Below are positions 45,688 to 54,506 of a stretch of DNA of 64,000 nt, in pieces (position 1 is the first letter of the stretch; every line of letters begins with the position of its first letter). The notes beneath the pieces are model-generated. The model was not told where the DNA came from, ran no database searches, and saw nothing but the letters and a program-made list of their open reading frames with translations. This DNA is from a virus (Duplodnaviria; Caudoviricetes): positions 7,593 to 71,592 of the IMG/VR virus record IMGVR_UViG_3300020049_004561; one strand, given 5' to 3'. Both the position numbers and the translations under genes were made by a program.

Positions 45688-46230
45688 ATGGCTTTGGACA
45701 CAACGACACTAATCACAATCGCTACGACGATCGTCGTCCCGGCAGGGACTTGGTTCATTGGGCTCTGCATTAGAGGTTGGAAAGCCCTTACCATTCTCTC
45801 AAGTCTTGCTAAGCAGTTTGAGACCAACGGGGGCTCTAGCCTAAAGGATCGCATTGAAGCGATCTTTGATGCTGTTGAGGACCTTAGTGCCGTAAACTCG
45901 GTGAGCTTGAACCTAGTACCATATGCCTTCTTCAGAGCCGACGCGGACGGCAATGTGAACTGGGTGAATCGTAACTTCACTCACGAGACGGACCTCTCCG
46001 AGAGGGATGCTTACGGGCTTGGTTGGTTGAATGTTGTGTCTGAGTCGGATCGTACGAGAGTCAAGACGGAGTGGTCGTCTTCTGTCACTGACCATCGTGC
46101 AGTGAAGACCGCTTTCAAGCTAGTCGACGGTCGACAGGCTTACATCGAGAGTATGCCTACCATGTCCAAGAAATTCGGCATGACTGGATTGGTAGCTGCT
46201 CTCCGGATCGAAGGAGTAAAGAATGCCTGA
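45688..46230 (+). CDS. membrane-anchored PAS-domain protein
   Basis: N-terminal TM, QFETNGGSSLKDRI coiled segment, then FRADADGNVNWVNRNF...GLGWLNVVSESDRTRVKTEW (PAS fold pattern). Confidence 0.75.
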   Translation: MALDTTTLITIATTIVVPAGTWFIGLCIRGWKALTILSSLAKQFETNGGSSLKDRIEAIFDAVEDLSAVNSVSLNLVPYAFFRADADGNVNWVNRNFTHETDLSERDAYGLGWLNVVSESDRTRVKTEWSSSVTDHRAVKTAFKLVDGRQAYIESMPTMSKKFGMTGLVAALRIEGVKNA

Positions 46231-46654
46231 TATCACTGCTGAGATCGTTTCTAACAATATCCTGCAGTATCTGCTCGATCAGATGCCTGACTCCGCTGTA
46301 CTGAGCGACCCATCCAAGTTCGATCCACAGTCTGGTGACAAGTCTGCATGGGCTCAGGTATGGCTCTCCAGCCTTAACCAAAACATCGGATCAAGTCCCC
46401 CGACCTTTGACTGCACCTTGCTAGGACAAGCCTACGCACGTGGTCAGGAGAAGCTCTACGAGCATCAGACACTGGCATCTGAAATCTACTCGATCTTTGA
46501 CAGGCTCTCCCTGCCTTTGATGAATCTAGCGGGGGATACCGAGATCGGTCGTCTGACTGTCAGGAAGATCAGGACCCAGGATACTGGGCAGCTCGGTGAG
46601 AACTACCAGCGGTGTACCCTTACCTTGGACTGCTATGTCGAACAGTACGCCTAG
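46223..46654 (+). CDS. putative tail terminator protein (displaced from the tail operon)
   Basis: 143 aa; AWAQVWL, TLLGQAYAR, ASEIYSIF, YQRCTLTLDC follow the tail-terminator layout. Confidence 0.5.
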   Translation: MPDITAEIVSNNILQYLLDQMPDSAVLSDPSKFDPQSGDKSAWAQVWLSSLNQNIGSSPPTFDCTLLGQAYARGQEKLYEHQTLASEIYSIFDRLSLPLMNLAGDTEIGRLTVRKIRTQDTGQLGENYQRCTLTLDCYVEQYA

Positions 46655-47495
46655 CATTGCTCGTGGTGGTCTACTTGAACTTGATGAATGTGGTAGATGG
46701 ACAGAGCCTAACCACTCCTACTTCGAAGGGACCACACTGACTAATGATGCTCAGCAGCATCCAGAAGCATTCAGTCTTGGTATGCTTGAGTTTGTTGCTG
46801 CGATTGTTCTTAACAATAATCGAGTCAGTGGGTGGCTTATGCGGTGTAGGTGTGGTCGCTATGTACGAGTTCCGATGAACTTCTACAAGTCGACTGTCCT
46901 AGGCAAGTTCAGGTACTTCAGGATGAAGGACATCCCCTTCTCCTGTAGCGAATGCAACTACAGGCCAGATCACAGGTCCAGGTACTACCCCTGGCCTGTA
47001 TTCAAGTCTGATCCTTTGGAGTTGACGTATGTACCGGCTGGCTATAACTACAAGGTCCTTGAGGATGACTTCAGGCTCTATTCCTCAGTGGCTAATAGAA
47101 CCACACATCCCCGAGAGTATCGCATGTGGGAGAACATCATCACCTTTGATGACACCTATCCCCCCTGGAAAGCCTCCTTCGGCAGGTTCCTGAATGATGT
47201 TGGTGAGCGGCCTTCTAATGCTCACATACTTCGTACCAGGAATAAGTACAAGCCCTATACCCCTGCTAACACGTACTGGCATAAGCACAATTATGTGGTC
47301 ATCAAGGGTAAGGAAAGGCAGGATCACTTCGCAGCGAATGAGTTAGGTGTACCTGTCGAATACGTGACTGCCTGTAGACGAGGTGGTCTGGTTGATGGTG
47401 AGACGATTCAGAAGCGTTATGAGTCAGGACAAAAGCCCCCTACTCGATACTACGAACTGGATCACAATAGACCACAGCAGTTCTTGCTAGACTAA
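46635..47495 (+). CDS. degenerate HNH-like protein
   Basis: WLMRCRCG, EYRMWENI, SFGRFLNDVGERPSNAH align with the two HNH genes, but HSIDRxDNDGPY is replaced by HILRTRNKYKPY. Confidence 0.6.
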   Translation: MSNSTPSIARGGLLELDECGRWTEPNHSYFEGTTLTNDAQQHPEAFSLGMLEFVAAIVLNNNRVSGWLMRCRCGRYVRVPMNFYKSTVLGKFRYFRMKDIPFSCSECNYRPDHRSRYYPWPVFKSDPLELTYVPAGYNYKVLEDDFRLYSSVANRTTHPREYRMWENIITFDDTYPPWKASFGRFLNDVGERPSNAHILRTRNKYKPYTPANTYWHKHNYVVIKGKERQDHFAANELGVPVEYVTACRRGGLVDGETIQKRYESGQKPPTRYYELDHNRPQQFLLD

Positions 47496-47499
47496 ATAC

Positions 47500-47546
47500 A
47501 AACACCCCACATACCGTGATTGGTATGTGGGGTGTTTTCGTTTTTA
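47500..47546. terminator. bidirectional terminator at the convergence of the rightward and leftward blocks
   Basis: 16-bp stem AAACACCCCACATACC-GTGATT-GGTATGTGGGGTGTTT followed by TCGTTTTT. Confidence 0.85.
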
Positions 47547-47653
47547 CTGTTCATCTGGCCCCGGCGATACCGCTTTACGCTCACACCAGTAGCACAGCCA
47601 GCCAATTGGCGGGTAGTGGTTCTCTGCGGGCTTTCCGCACTTGCAACACGTGT

Positions 47654-48001
47654 TCATTCGCCGCTCTCCTTGATGCCGCACCGGGCCATGAGGTTCCAGA
47701 TGTCGAGCATCTTGCGCGGTGCGACTCCGCTTGGAATTACCGTCCCATCGCTCCACCATCTCCCCTCAAGTGGATAAAACGCGAGGCCGCAATAGGTGAC
47801 ACAGAAGTCGCTTAGACAAAACCCGCAAGCAACCAGCCGCTCCGGCGTGATCGGGTCCGACCAGCGGATAATCTCGGTTCCGTAGGTGCTGACTGGGAAT
47901 AAGCGGAGCATCGCCAGTGCCAGCGTGGTTGCATCCAAGGCGTTTCCGGCAGGCGTCCTGTACCGCTCCAGGGCCTTCAGCTCGTCGTCAGTGAGTTCCA
48001 T
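47654..48001 (-). CDS. hypothetical protein
   Basis: CAGGAG SD before MELTDDE at 48001. Confidence 0.6.
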   Translation of the reverse strand: MELTDDELKALERYRTPAGNALDATTLALAMLRLFPVSTYGTEIIRWSDPITPERLVACGFCLSDFCVTYCGLAFYPLEGRWWSDGTVIPSGVAPRKMLDIWNLMARCGIKESGE

Positions 48002-48329
48002 TCGTGCTCTCCTGTGAAAGTTGGCGGAGCTTGGCGATGACCAGCTCGCGGAGTTGCCCTGGAGTCTCTGCGACCGACCTTTCGCCTTTGACGTAGACGA
48101 AGTAGCCAGAGGCGTCCCATTCGCAACCCTGCATGAAGGCATCAACGGCGACCGACAGCGGCACGACTGGCACGGGGACTCGCCAGTTGAGGCCGATATC
48201 ATTGCCGGAAAAGTTAGAGTATCGCTCTGTGTCCGGGGAAAACCAGAAGTCATTTCCCCACGAGAACTCCGCCCCGTCCGGAATCGGCTCGCCCACGACA
48301 GGCACGATTGTCTTCCAGAACTGGTTCAT
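47988..48329 (-). CDS. hypothetical protein
   Basis: 113 aa; GGAG SD. Confidence 0.6.
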   Translation of the reverse strand: MNQFWKTIVPVVGEPIPDGAEFSWGNDFWFSPDTERYSNFSGNDIGLNWRVPVPVVPLSVAVDAFMQGCEWDASGYFVYVKGERSVAETPGQLRELVIAKLRQLSQESTNGTH

Positions 48330-48388
48330 GACGATCTCCCACAGTCATACCACTTATGTGGTCAGGATGCTCGATTGATTCTCAGAGT

Positions 48389-49183
48389 CTACTTGAACTC
48401 TGCGATGTAGTCAGTGACTGTGAATCCCAGTCCCATCGAATCTTCACTATCCATTGGGCGAATCAATCCACCACTGTGCTGGCGGTATATCCTCCCGCCG
48501 TGCTTCCAGCAGTACGCAGACTCGCTCGTGAACTGAATCACCCGCCCATCCGGCACATCGTCGAGAGTTGGCGGCGTGGCTGGCTGTGGGTCGAGATAGC
48601 GGATGAAAGTAAACTCGCTCGGGGCATGCTTGCTTTTTCCGCCTTTCCAGTGAACTGCCCATTTTCCGTCCCGCTGGACAACGCCAGTCGCTGCAATTCC
48701 GCTGTGGAATGCAACGATTGCAACACCATCAGGTACATCCGCGAGTGTCTTCGGCTGCGGCACGACCCAATTCTCCTCGCTGAACTGCCATGTCTTGGGT
48801 AGGGCAGATTCACCGGGGATTGCGTAGATCGACCAGTTCGGCCTCAGTTCATTGTACGCCAGCCCAGCCTCAATCTTGCTTTCGACTGGTGGCACCCAGG
48901 AATTTGACATCGGCCCAAACCACATCGCCCCGTTCGGCAACTCCTCGCCCCACTTCGCCAGCCGATAGCCGGCAGGTGGAGTCGGGAGCGTCAAGCCTGC
49001 GTAGTGCTCTTTCGCGGCCTTGCGGACGAGACGGCAATTTCCCTCCTCTACCCATTGTACATCGGTAGTCCATATTCGATCATACTTGTCAATCCGCTTT
49101 GCGACATACTCCTTGGCTCCTGTGGCAGTGTGTGTGAACACGTCCCCCACTTCGATCTTACTGCTGTTCATCTCTTTCTCCAA
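48389..49183 (-). CDS. hypothetical multi-module protein
   Basis: Contains PTPPAGYRLAKWGE and two TLxDVPDG modules. Confidence 0.65.
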   Translation of the reverse strand: MEKEMNSSKIEVGDVFTHTATGAKEYVAKRIDKYDRIWTTDVQWVEEGNCRLVRKAAKEHYAGLTLPTPPAGYRLAKWGEELPNGAMWFGPMSNSWVPPVESKIEAGLAYNELRPNWSIYAIPGESALPKTWQFSEENWVVPQPKTLADVPDGVAIVAFHSGIAATGVVQRDGKWAVHWKGGKSKHAPSEFTFIRYLDPQPATPPTLDDVPDGRVIQFTSESAYCWKHGGRIYRQHSGGLIRPMDSEDSMGLGFTVTDYIAEFK

Positions 49184-49281
49184 AATGAGTTCTAAGGCCC
49201 CTAGGATCGACCAGGAAGCCCTCAGAAGGGGTAACTTGACTCAGAGTACGTCCTGACAATCAGGAAGTCACAGAAGCGATT

Positions 49282-49476
49282 CTAGGGGCCTTGGAGGGGT
49301 ATTGCGTAGTGGGCCGGTATGCCATCAAACCAGGGTCTCCAGCAAGCGGTAGTGATCTCTCCCCAAGGCAGCCACAATCCGGACAGGTAGATTTTGTTGC
49401 AGTCAGGTCCGCGTGGGTACAATTCCCCTCGCTCAGCAAGTCGGTAGCCTTCAGGCGGTATTGGTGGACTAGACAT
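49282..49476 (-). CDS. small protein of the PxGYxL..GE family
   Basis: MSSPPIPPEGYRLAERGE. Confidence 0.55.
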   Translation of the reverse strand: MSSPPIPPEGYRLAERGELYPRGPDCNKIYLSGLWLPWGEITTACWRPWFDGIPAHYAIPLQGP

Positions 49477-49699
49477 AACGGCTGAACTCCAATGGACAGG
49501 TGTAGCGAGGTTTGGGGACAGCAAAGAATGGTCCACCGTGGAAGTCATAACTGGTGTAGATCCAGTCTAAGTACAGCACTGACCTGTCCCACGTAACCCA
49601 GCGACCTTCATGCTGCAGCAGCATAGCATCCCGTTTGCTGTAGGACTCCCCTCTGGGAAGTAGCGTGTAGCCTCTCGGCAGCGACGGAATCTTGCTCAT
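49469..49699 (-). CDS. small protein of the PxGYxL..GE family
   Basis: MSKIPSLPRGYTLLPRGE; ATGA overlap with the recombinase stop. Confidence 0.55.
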   Translation of the reverse strand: MSKIPSLPRGYTLLPRGESYSKRDAMLLQHEGRWVTWDRSVLYLDWIYTSYDFHGGPFFAVPKPRYTCPLEFSRYV

Positions 49700-50355
49700 G
49701 TGGTCGTCCTTCCGCAAATCCTGTGTACAGTACCCTTGTACCACTTTCCCTTGTTGGGGGGCTCAATACCCTGTGCATTGAGCCAGTCAGCAATTTCCTG
49801 ATAGGACTGCTTCCTTTCCCTGCGGTCCAGGATAGCCTTCAGTACTCTCTGCTCACTAGGCACTTCAATCATAGCCTCTCCAGATGCAGTTGAGAAGCCA
49901 TAAAGTCTACGGCAGTAGGTCATTCCTGTCGCTTTTCTGTGCCTCAGTCCTGCCCTCGTTCTCTCGATGAGTGTAGATCGCTCAAGTTCTGAGAATACCC
50001 CAGTCAACTGAGCAAAGGCTGTGCCCATCGCTGTTGACGTGTCTAGCTTATCGACCACAGCATGTAATCTGTGGTTCTTGAAGTAGGTGTCAAGAAGTGT
50101 CAACAGGTCTTTGAGTGATCGACTGAGCCGGTCTGCCTTGTAGACTACGAGTCCAGTGCAGTCCGTTCCCAGGCGAGCAAGTGCTGCCTGTAGCTGTGGT
50201 CTACTGACAGTAGAGCCAGACTGAGCTTCAACATACTCACCGACAACGGTGAGATTATTGTAATCACAGTAGCGAGCGATCGCTGCTCGCTGTGTGTCGA
50301 TGGAGTCCTGCTTTTCAGTAGAGACTCGCATGTAGGCAATGACGTTTTGCATCAA
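49696..50355 (-). CDS. serine recombinase (resolvase family with C-terminal DNA-binding domain)
   Basis: AYMRVSTEKQ (catalytic Ser), SGSTVSRPQL, VVYKADRLSRS, ELERSTLIERTRAGL. Confidence 0.92.
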   Translation of the reverse strand: MMQNVIAYMRVSTEKQDSIDTQRAAIARYCDYNNLTVVGEYVEAQSGSTVSRPQLQAALARLGTDCTGLVVYKADRLSRSLKDLLTLLDTYFKNHRLHAVVDKLDTSTAMGTAFAQLTGVFSELERSTLIERTRAGLRHRKATGMTYCRRLYGFSTASGEAMIEVPSEQRVLKAILDRRERKQSYQEIADWLNAQGIEPPNKGKWYKGTVHRICGRTTT

Positions 50356-51424
50356 TCGATCCTTGTTAGTGGTACGACGGTCCAGCCTAGGTTTGTCAGA
50401 GTGCTTGTGATATATCTGAGATTCTGCCGGTTAGGGCTGGTAAGCTCCGTGTCGACCTCAGCCTTGCTTGATCTGACAAGCACCACCTGCTCACTTACTA
50501 GCAGAATACCGTACAGTACAGGAGTCTCTGGAGGATTCGACTGGAGCACTACCGGCACGTATTCTGGCATTACTGAATCTCCCCGATGTTAGTGAGCTGG
50601 ATGATCTCTCTCCAGCTATTGAGATCGGCGACCCGATCATGGTATTCCTCCCCGTTTCTTGCATCATCTGCCTGCTCCTTAGTCTCATAGGTTCTGAACA
50701 TCAGACCATCTGGACTAAGCCAGCCATACCTGATCTGTCCACGGGTGTTCCTGTCTCTGGTGATGATGGGCACTCTCATGGATTCTTCTCAAGTGGTATT
50801 AGCTCTCGATCTGGTGATAGGTCACTACGCATCATCCAGTAGTCTGTGCTTGAAAGGTGCCCTTCCTCCAATGCATTGGTCGCGTGTTCTGGGCTATCGA
50901 ATGTTATGAGCCGGTCTCCATCAGCCGTAATCCACCCGTAGCACGTCCCACCTGACCTCCTGTAGAACTCAGTCTTCCATCTGGTAATGATCGGTATGAG
51001 TTCCATCAGTCAATCCTCGTGAGTCTAATCATTTCCCAGGACACTGAGTTGAAGTGGCCGATAGCCTCGCTGTAGGACGGCTGCTCCTCTCCACGGAGAA
51101 CGCGAGATATTCGTCCGCAAGCATCGGCTGACCCATACTGATACATGGTTCCGGACTCGTTCAAGATTCCGTGGTAGATGCGTACTGGGTTGTGCTTACT
51201 GCGTAGCAGTATTGGTGTCATCACTCTATTCTCTCCAGTCTAGTCATTGTCCATGACCAAGGATCGAACTGATTTAGCGGCTTAAAGTCCAGTGTTCCGT
51301 TCTTTAGGGCGGTTTCTGCGTCCTCTGGTGATCGCCTCGCGGCATACCGTCCGGCAGGTTCATCCAAGAACCCATACCACACGTCACCGAGTCGTCTGTG
51401 TCGGTACACCACTGGTATCAGCAT
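50352..51424 (-). repeat. tandem array of five diverged ~70-aa paralogous genes (50352-50570, 50570-50779, 50776-51006, 51006-51224, 51221-51424)
   Basis: Shared pattern (I/V/T)P(I/V)(I/V/L)...(Y/H)G(W/F/I)(L/I)...W/R-x-(M/I/V/L)-x-x-L(T/E)(R/N/K); all overlap by 1-4 nt. Confidence 0.75.
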
Positions 51425-51604
51425 GATGGTCCTCTATCAGAGTGCATGGCTGGAAGGTCTCATCAGCGTACTTCGATACCGGTGGTCCAGGTCCGCCACC
51501 TCTCACAGAAAAGTATCCTTCCGGTGAGATACGCATGTAACACCTAGAGAATGACACTTCACCTGTGGAGCTACTAACCAGCCTTCCGGGGACGTACAGC
51601 ATGA

Positions 51605-51994
51605 TTATCCTAACAGAGCAGAGAACTGTTGCGGGAACTTGTCAGGAAGCCACAAGGATTTCTTCCTACCGTTCCTGTCTGTTCGATAGGCTGTCCAGCC
51701 CATCGCAACAGTGCGTTCAAACCAGACCACATCCTTGCCGTTGGTGAACACGAAGTTGTCTCGCCAGAAGCCCCTTGCCAAAAGCCTATTGACAAACTCA
51801 TAGTTCTCCGGCATGTCCCACCACAAGTAGCGGTAGACCATGTGGTCAGGGTTTAAGGAGCCGCGTTCTTTGTCGAGCAACTTTCGGAAGTCCTCCAGGA
51901 GTTGCTGGTTGGGTTTACGTGGCTCTGGTCCACTTCGATAGAAGTAGAAGGCCAGGCAGAGAGCGAGTGCGGCAGTGATGACAAGAAATGTCAT
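51605..51994 (-). CDS. membrane-anchored hypothetical protein
   Basis: N-terminal MTFLVITAALALCLAFYFY. Confidence 0.65.
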   Translation of the reverse strand: MTFLVITAALALCLAFYFYRSGPEPRKPNQQLLEDFRKLLDKERGSLNPDHMVYRYLWWDMPENYEFVNRLLARGFWRDNFVFTNGKDVVWFERTVAMGWTAYRTDRNGRKKSLWLPDKFPQQFSALLG

Positions 51995-52188
51995 GATGGT
52001 CTTTCTAGCTTAGGCTAGGTAGTGGTGGTAGGTAGGTGTCGGTCTTGGCCCGACCAGCGTACATCTCTGAACGCTTCTGGTAGAGCCTGTCGATCATTTC
52101 CAGGAAGTCAGGATCATCATCATAACCCTCTTCTTCAGCCTTTGCACACAGACGGGCGATCCTACGGCTGAGGATGTCTTCATGTGGA

Positions 52189-52497
52189 TCATACATCGGA
52201 GTCTCCTTCGCCGTCCATCTGGTTGTCGGTGTCCAGCGACTCTGCAAGTTTCTTCAGAGCCTCAATGTCCAGACCACCTGTGCGAACGGTAGACCACACC
52301 TTGAGTGGTACGCCGAGCTTGCGGAGCTTTGCAGCACGTGCCTTAACGGCATTGACGCTGTAGCCCAAGTTCTCGAAGTACCCAGGACCGTGTGACTGCC
52401 ACTTCTCAACGAACTGAGCGGCAGGGATTTGCGGAAGTCGATCAGCAGACATCGGAATTCTCCAAGAAGGTGGCGACGATGGTTTTTGAGAGATCAA
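52189..52497 (-). CDS. small HTH-like protein
   Basis: FENLGYSVNAVKARAAKLRKLGVPL; true start probably MSADRLP. Confidence 0.5.
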   Translation of the reverse strand: MISQKPSSPPSWRIPMSADRLPQIPAAQFVEKWQSHGPGYFENLGYSVNAVKARAAKLRKLGVPLKVWSTVRTGGLDIEALKKLAESLDTDNQMDGEGDSDV

Positions 52498-52518
52498 ACT
52501 GGTTGTGGGTAGTCCAGG

Positions 52519-54057
52519 TCAGGACCGATTCCGGATAGGGGGCCTCGCCACGCTGCAACCTACCCAGCCAAATCTCGGCGTTTCTTCGTGACCGGCTGCC
52601 ATCATCCCAGTAGGCAAAGCTGCATGTAGCACCCCTGTGGTCAAAGTTGCTTCTGTGGAAACCGTGACGCTGCCACTAGCCTGCGGGGGAAGTTGAGCAC
52701 GCACGAAGCGGTAGGTCATTGCATCCCAATCCACTTCGTAACGGTCCACCAGACCGTATCTGACAACACACGTACGGCAGTATGTGTCTTCCGTCAAATT
52801 TTGGCAGCACCCACAAGGATGGAGGTGTGGTCGACAGGATTGACAGTATCCAGTACCCGCAACCATTGCGTCGTGTGTGTGCCTATGAGTACAGCGAGGA
52901 CAAGTCTCGAAACAGTCTGAGCACACCATGATCCAGTTGCGATGGATATCGCGTGTCTCGCTGAGTTGGTCACTGTCCGTTTCTTTCTGACAGCACTTGC
53001 ACTTCACCTTAGGCTTGATGGGCTTGTGCCAGGACACACCTAGTGCTTGGCCTGCAAGTTTATCCACCACCTGTGAAGGGCCGATCAGATAACACTTGTC
53101 GCCATTGATGAAGTACGCACTGTTGTCAGGGTACAGGGAAGCCTGTGCATAAGGCAATCCCCAGGCAGTAGACAGCACACGAGCAAATCCCGGAAGATCG
53201 GTCTTGCCGTAGGAATTGAACAGGACATAACACGCATGCCTCTTGTCCCACACAATCCAGCAGCGACTGATGGGAGTAGCACCATCGAACTCGCGGATAG
53301 CCCAGCCGCCCTCGGCAACGAAACCTTCCCGCAGACCTTCTCGGCCTTCTCCCCACCAGCACGACCCACTATGACAGTAGTCACCCGATAGAGAGCCTTC
53401 GATGAAGTCCTGGTCGAACTTCAGAATGATCTCAGTATGTTCCTTAGACACATGCGGAGAGATCAAGTCCCCGATAGTCCGGAGGTGTTCTGGTTGCAGT
53501 CGAATCGGATAATTAGACTTGAACAGGGCCTTAGCCAGCCGTTTGGGGTATGTACCGACATATTCCCCCTTACCAGTCACCAGCCAGTCGTTACCGATCT
53601 GATCTAAAACCCGGTCTGAGAGCCGGGCATACGTTGCCGGATTCTCTGCACGGAACGCCTTAACTGCCTTAAACAGCGTAAGGCACTTACCGAGCCAAGT
53701 GACCATGTTGGAGCGGTATTCGTTGACATCGTGCCCCTGAGCGGGGGCACCGATTGCCGTTCCGTGTCCAAAATACATGCGATGATTGTACATCACATCA
53801 GCAACATAGCACTGCATATTGGACGAGGACGTGACATTCCCGATATCGCTCTTTACCTGATCCAGCCAATCAGAGTAACTCTTCTCTGTAGTCCTGCCGT
53901 CGATACTGACGGCACTCAGCGTACAGAGGTATCTCCATGCGGCAGCGATTCCCTGAGGAGCGATGCTGCCCCCGACTACCTTGTATGGCCGCTGATCGGT
54001 ATGATACCGGCAAGCGTCGAACACTGGCTTTTCAGTTGTGGTTGCGGTTGTGGACAT
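52519..54057 (-). CDS. conserved phage protein with C-terminal zinc ribbons (paralog of 61456-63147)
   Basis: LKFDQDFIEG...DYCHSGSCWW...PISRCWI...LFNSYG; multiple CxxC. Confidence 0.75.
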   Translation of the reverse strand: MSTTATTTEKPVFDACRYHTDQRPYKVVGGSIAPQGIAAAWRYLCTLSAVSIDGRTTEKSYSDWLDQVKSDIGNVTSSSNMQCYVADVMYNHRMYFGHGTAIGAPAQGHDVNEYRSNMVTWLGKCLTLFKAVKAFRAENPATYARLSDRVLDQIGNDWLVTGKGEYVGTYPKRLAKALFKSNYPIRLQPEHLRTIGDLISPHVSKEHTEIILKFDQDFIEGSLSGDYCHSGSCWWGEGREGLREGFVAEGGWAIREFDGATPISRCWIVWDKRHACYVLFNSYGKTDLPGFARVLSTAWGLPYAQASLYPDNSAYFINGDKCYLIGPSQVVDKLAGQALGVSWHKPIKPKVKCKCCQKETDSDQLSETRDIHRNWIMVCSDCFETCPRCTHRHTHDAMVAGTGYCQSCRPHLHPCGCCQNLTEDTYCRTCVVRYGLVDRYEVDWDAMTYRFVRAQLPPQASGSVTVSTEATLTTGVLHAALPTGMMAAGHEETPRFGWVGCSVARPPIRNRS

Positions 54058-54506
54058 GGGTTTCCTTATTCAGTCCGGGGACAGGAGAGGGTCTTTATGT
54101 TGTTGCAGAGTTGCTCAAATCGAGAACGTACATCGGTGTCCTCTGTGCCAGCAGTTTCAGAGATTAGGCGGAGCACATCTTCGATTTGAAGATACACCAC
54201 ACCTGACACTTTGATGTGTCTGACAGCGATCATTTCAGCCCCTTCTTGACATAGGCTTGGAGTTCATCGCAGGTACACCCTGCATATCCCCAGTCCTTGA
54301 TTGTTCGGTTGTAGTCCCGGATACCCAGCTCTGTATCGCAGTGATACGCATCCGGGAAGGCCCAAGTGATGTTTGATCGTCCACCGCTGATCCTGCCGTA
54401 GACACGTTTACCACTGCTGTGGTCCACATACATCATTGACCAGTAGACATTTCCGTAGCTGTCGCGTTTGGAGTGGAATATGTGGACAGTAGCGGAATAG
54501 ACCGGA

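Noticed and set aside
49696-50355. IS607/IS200-type transposon
   Set aside because: No N-terminal MerR-like HTH, no adjacent TnpB, and the gene is translationally coupled to phage neighbours
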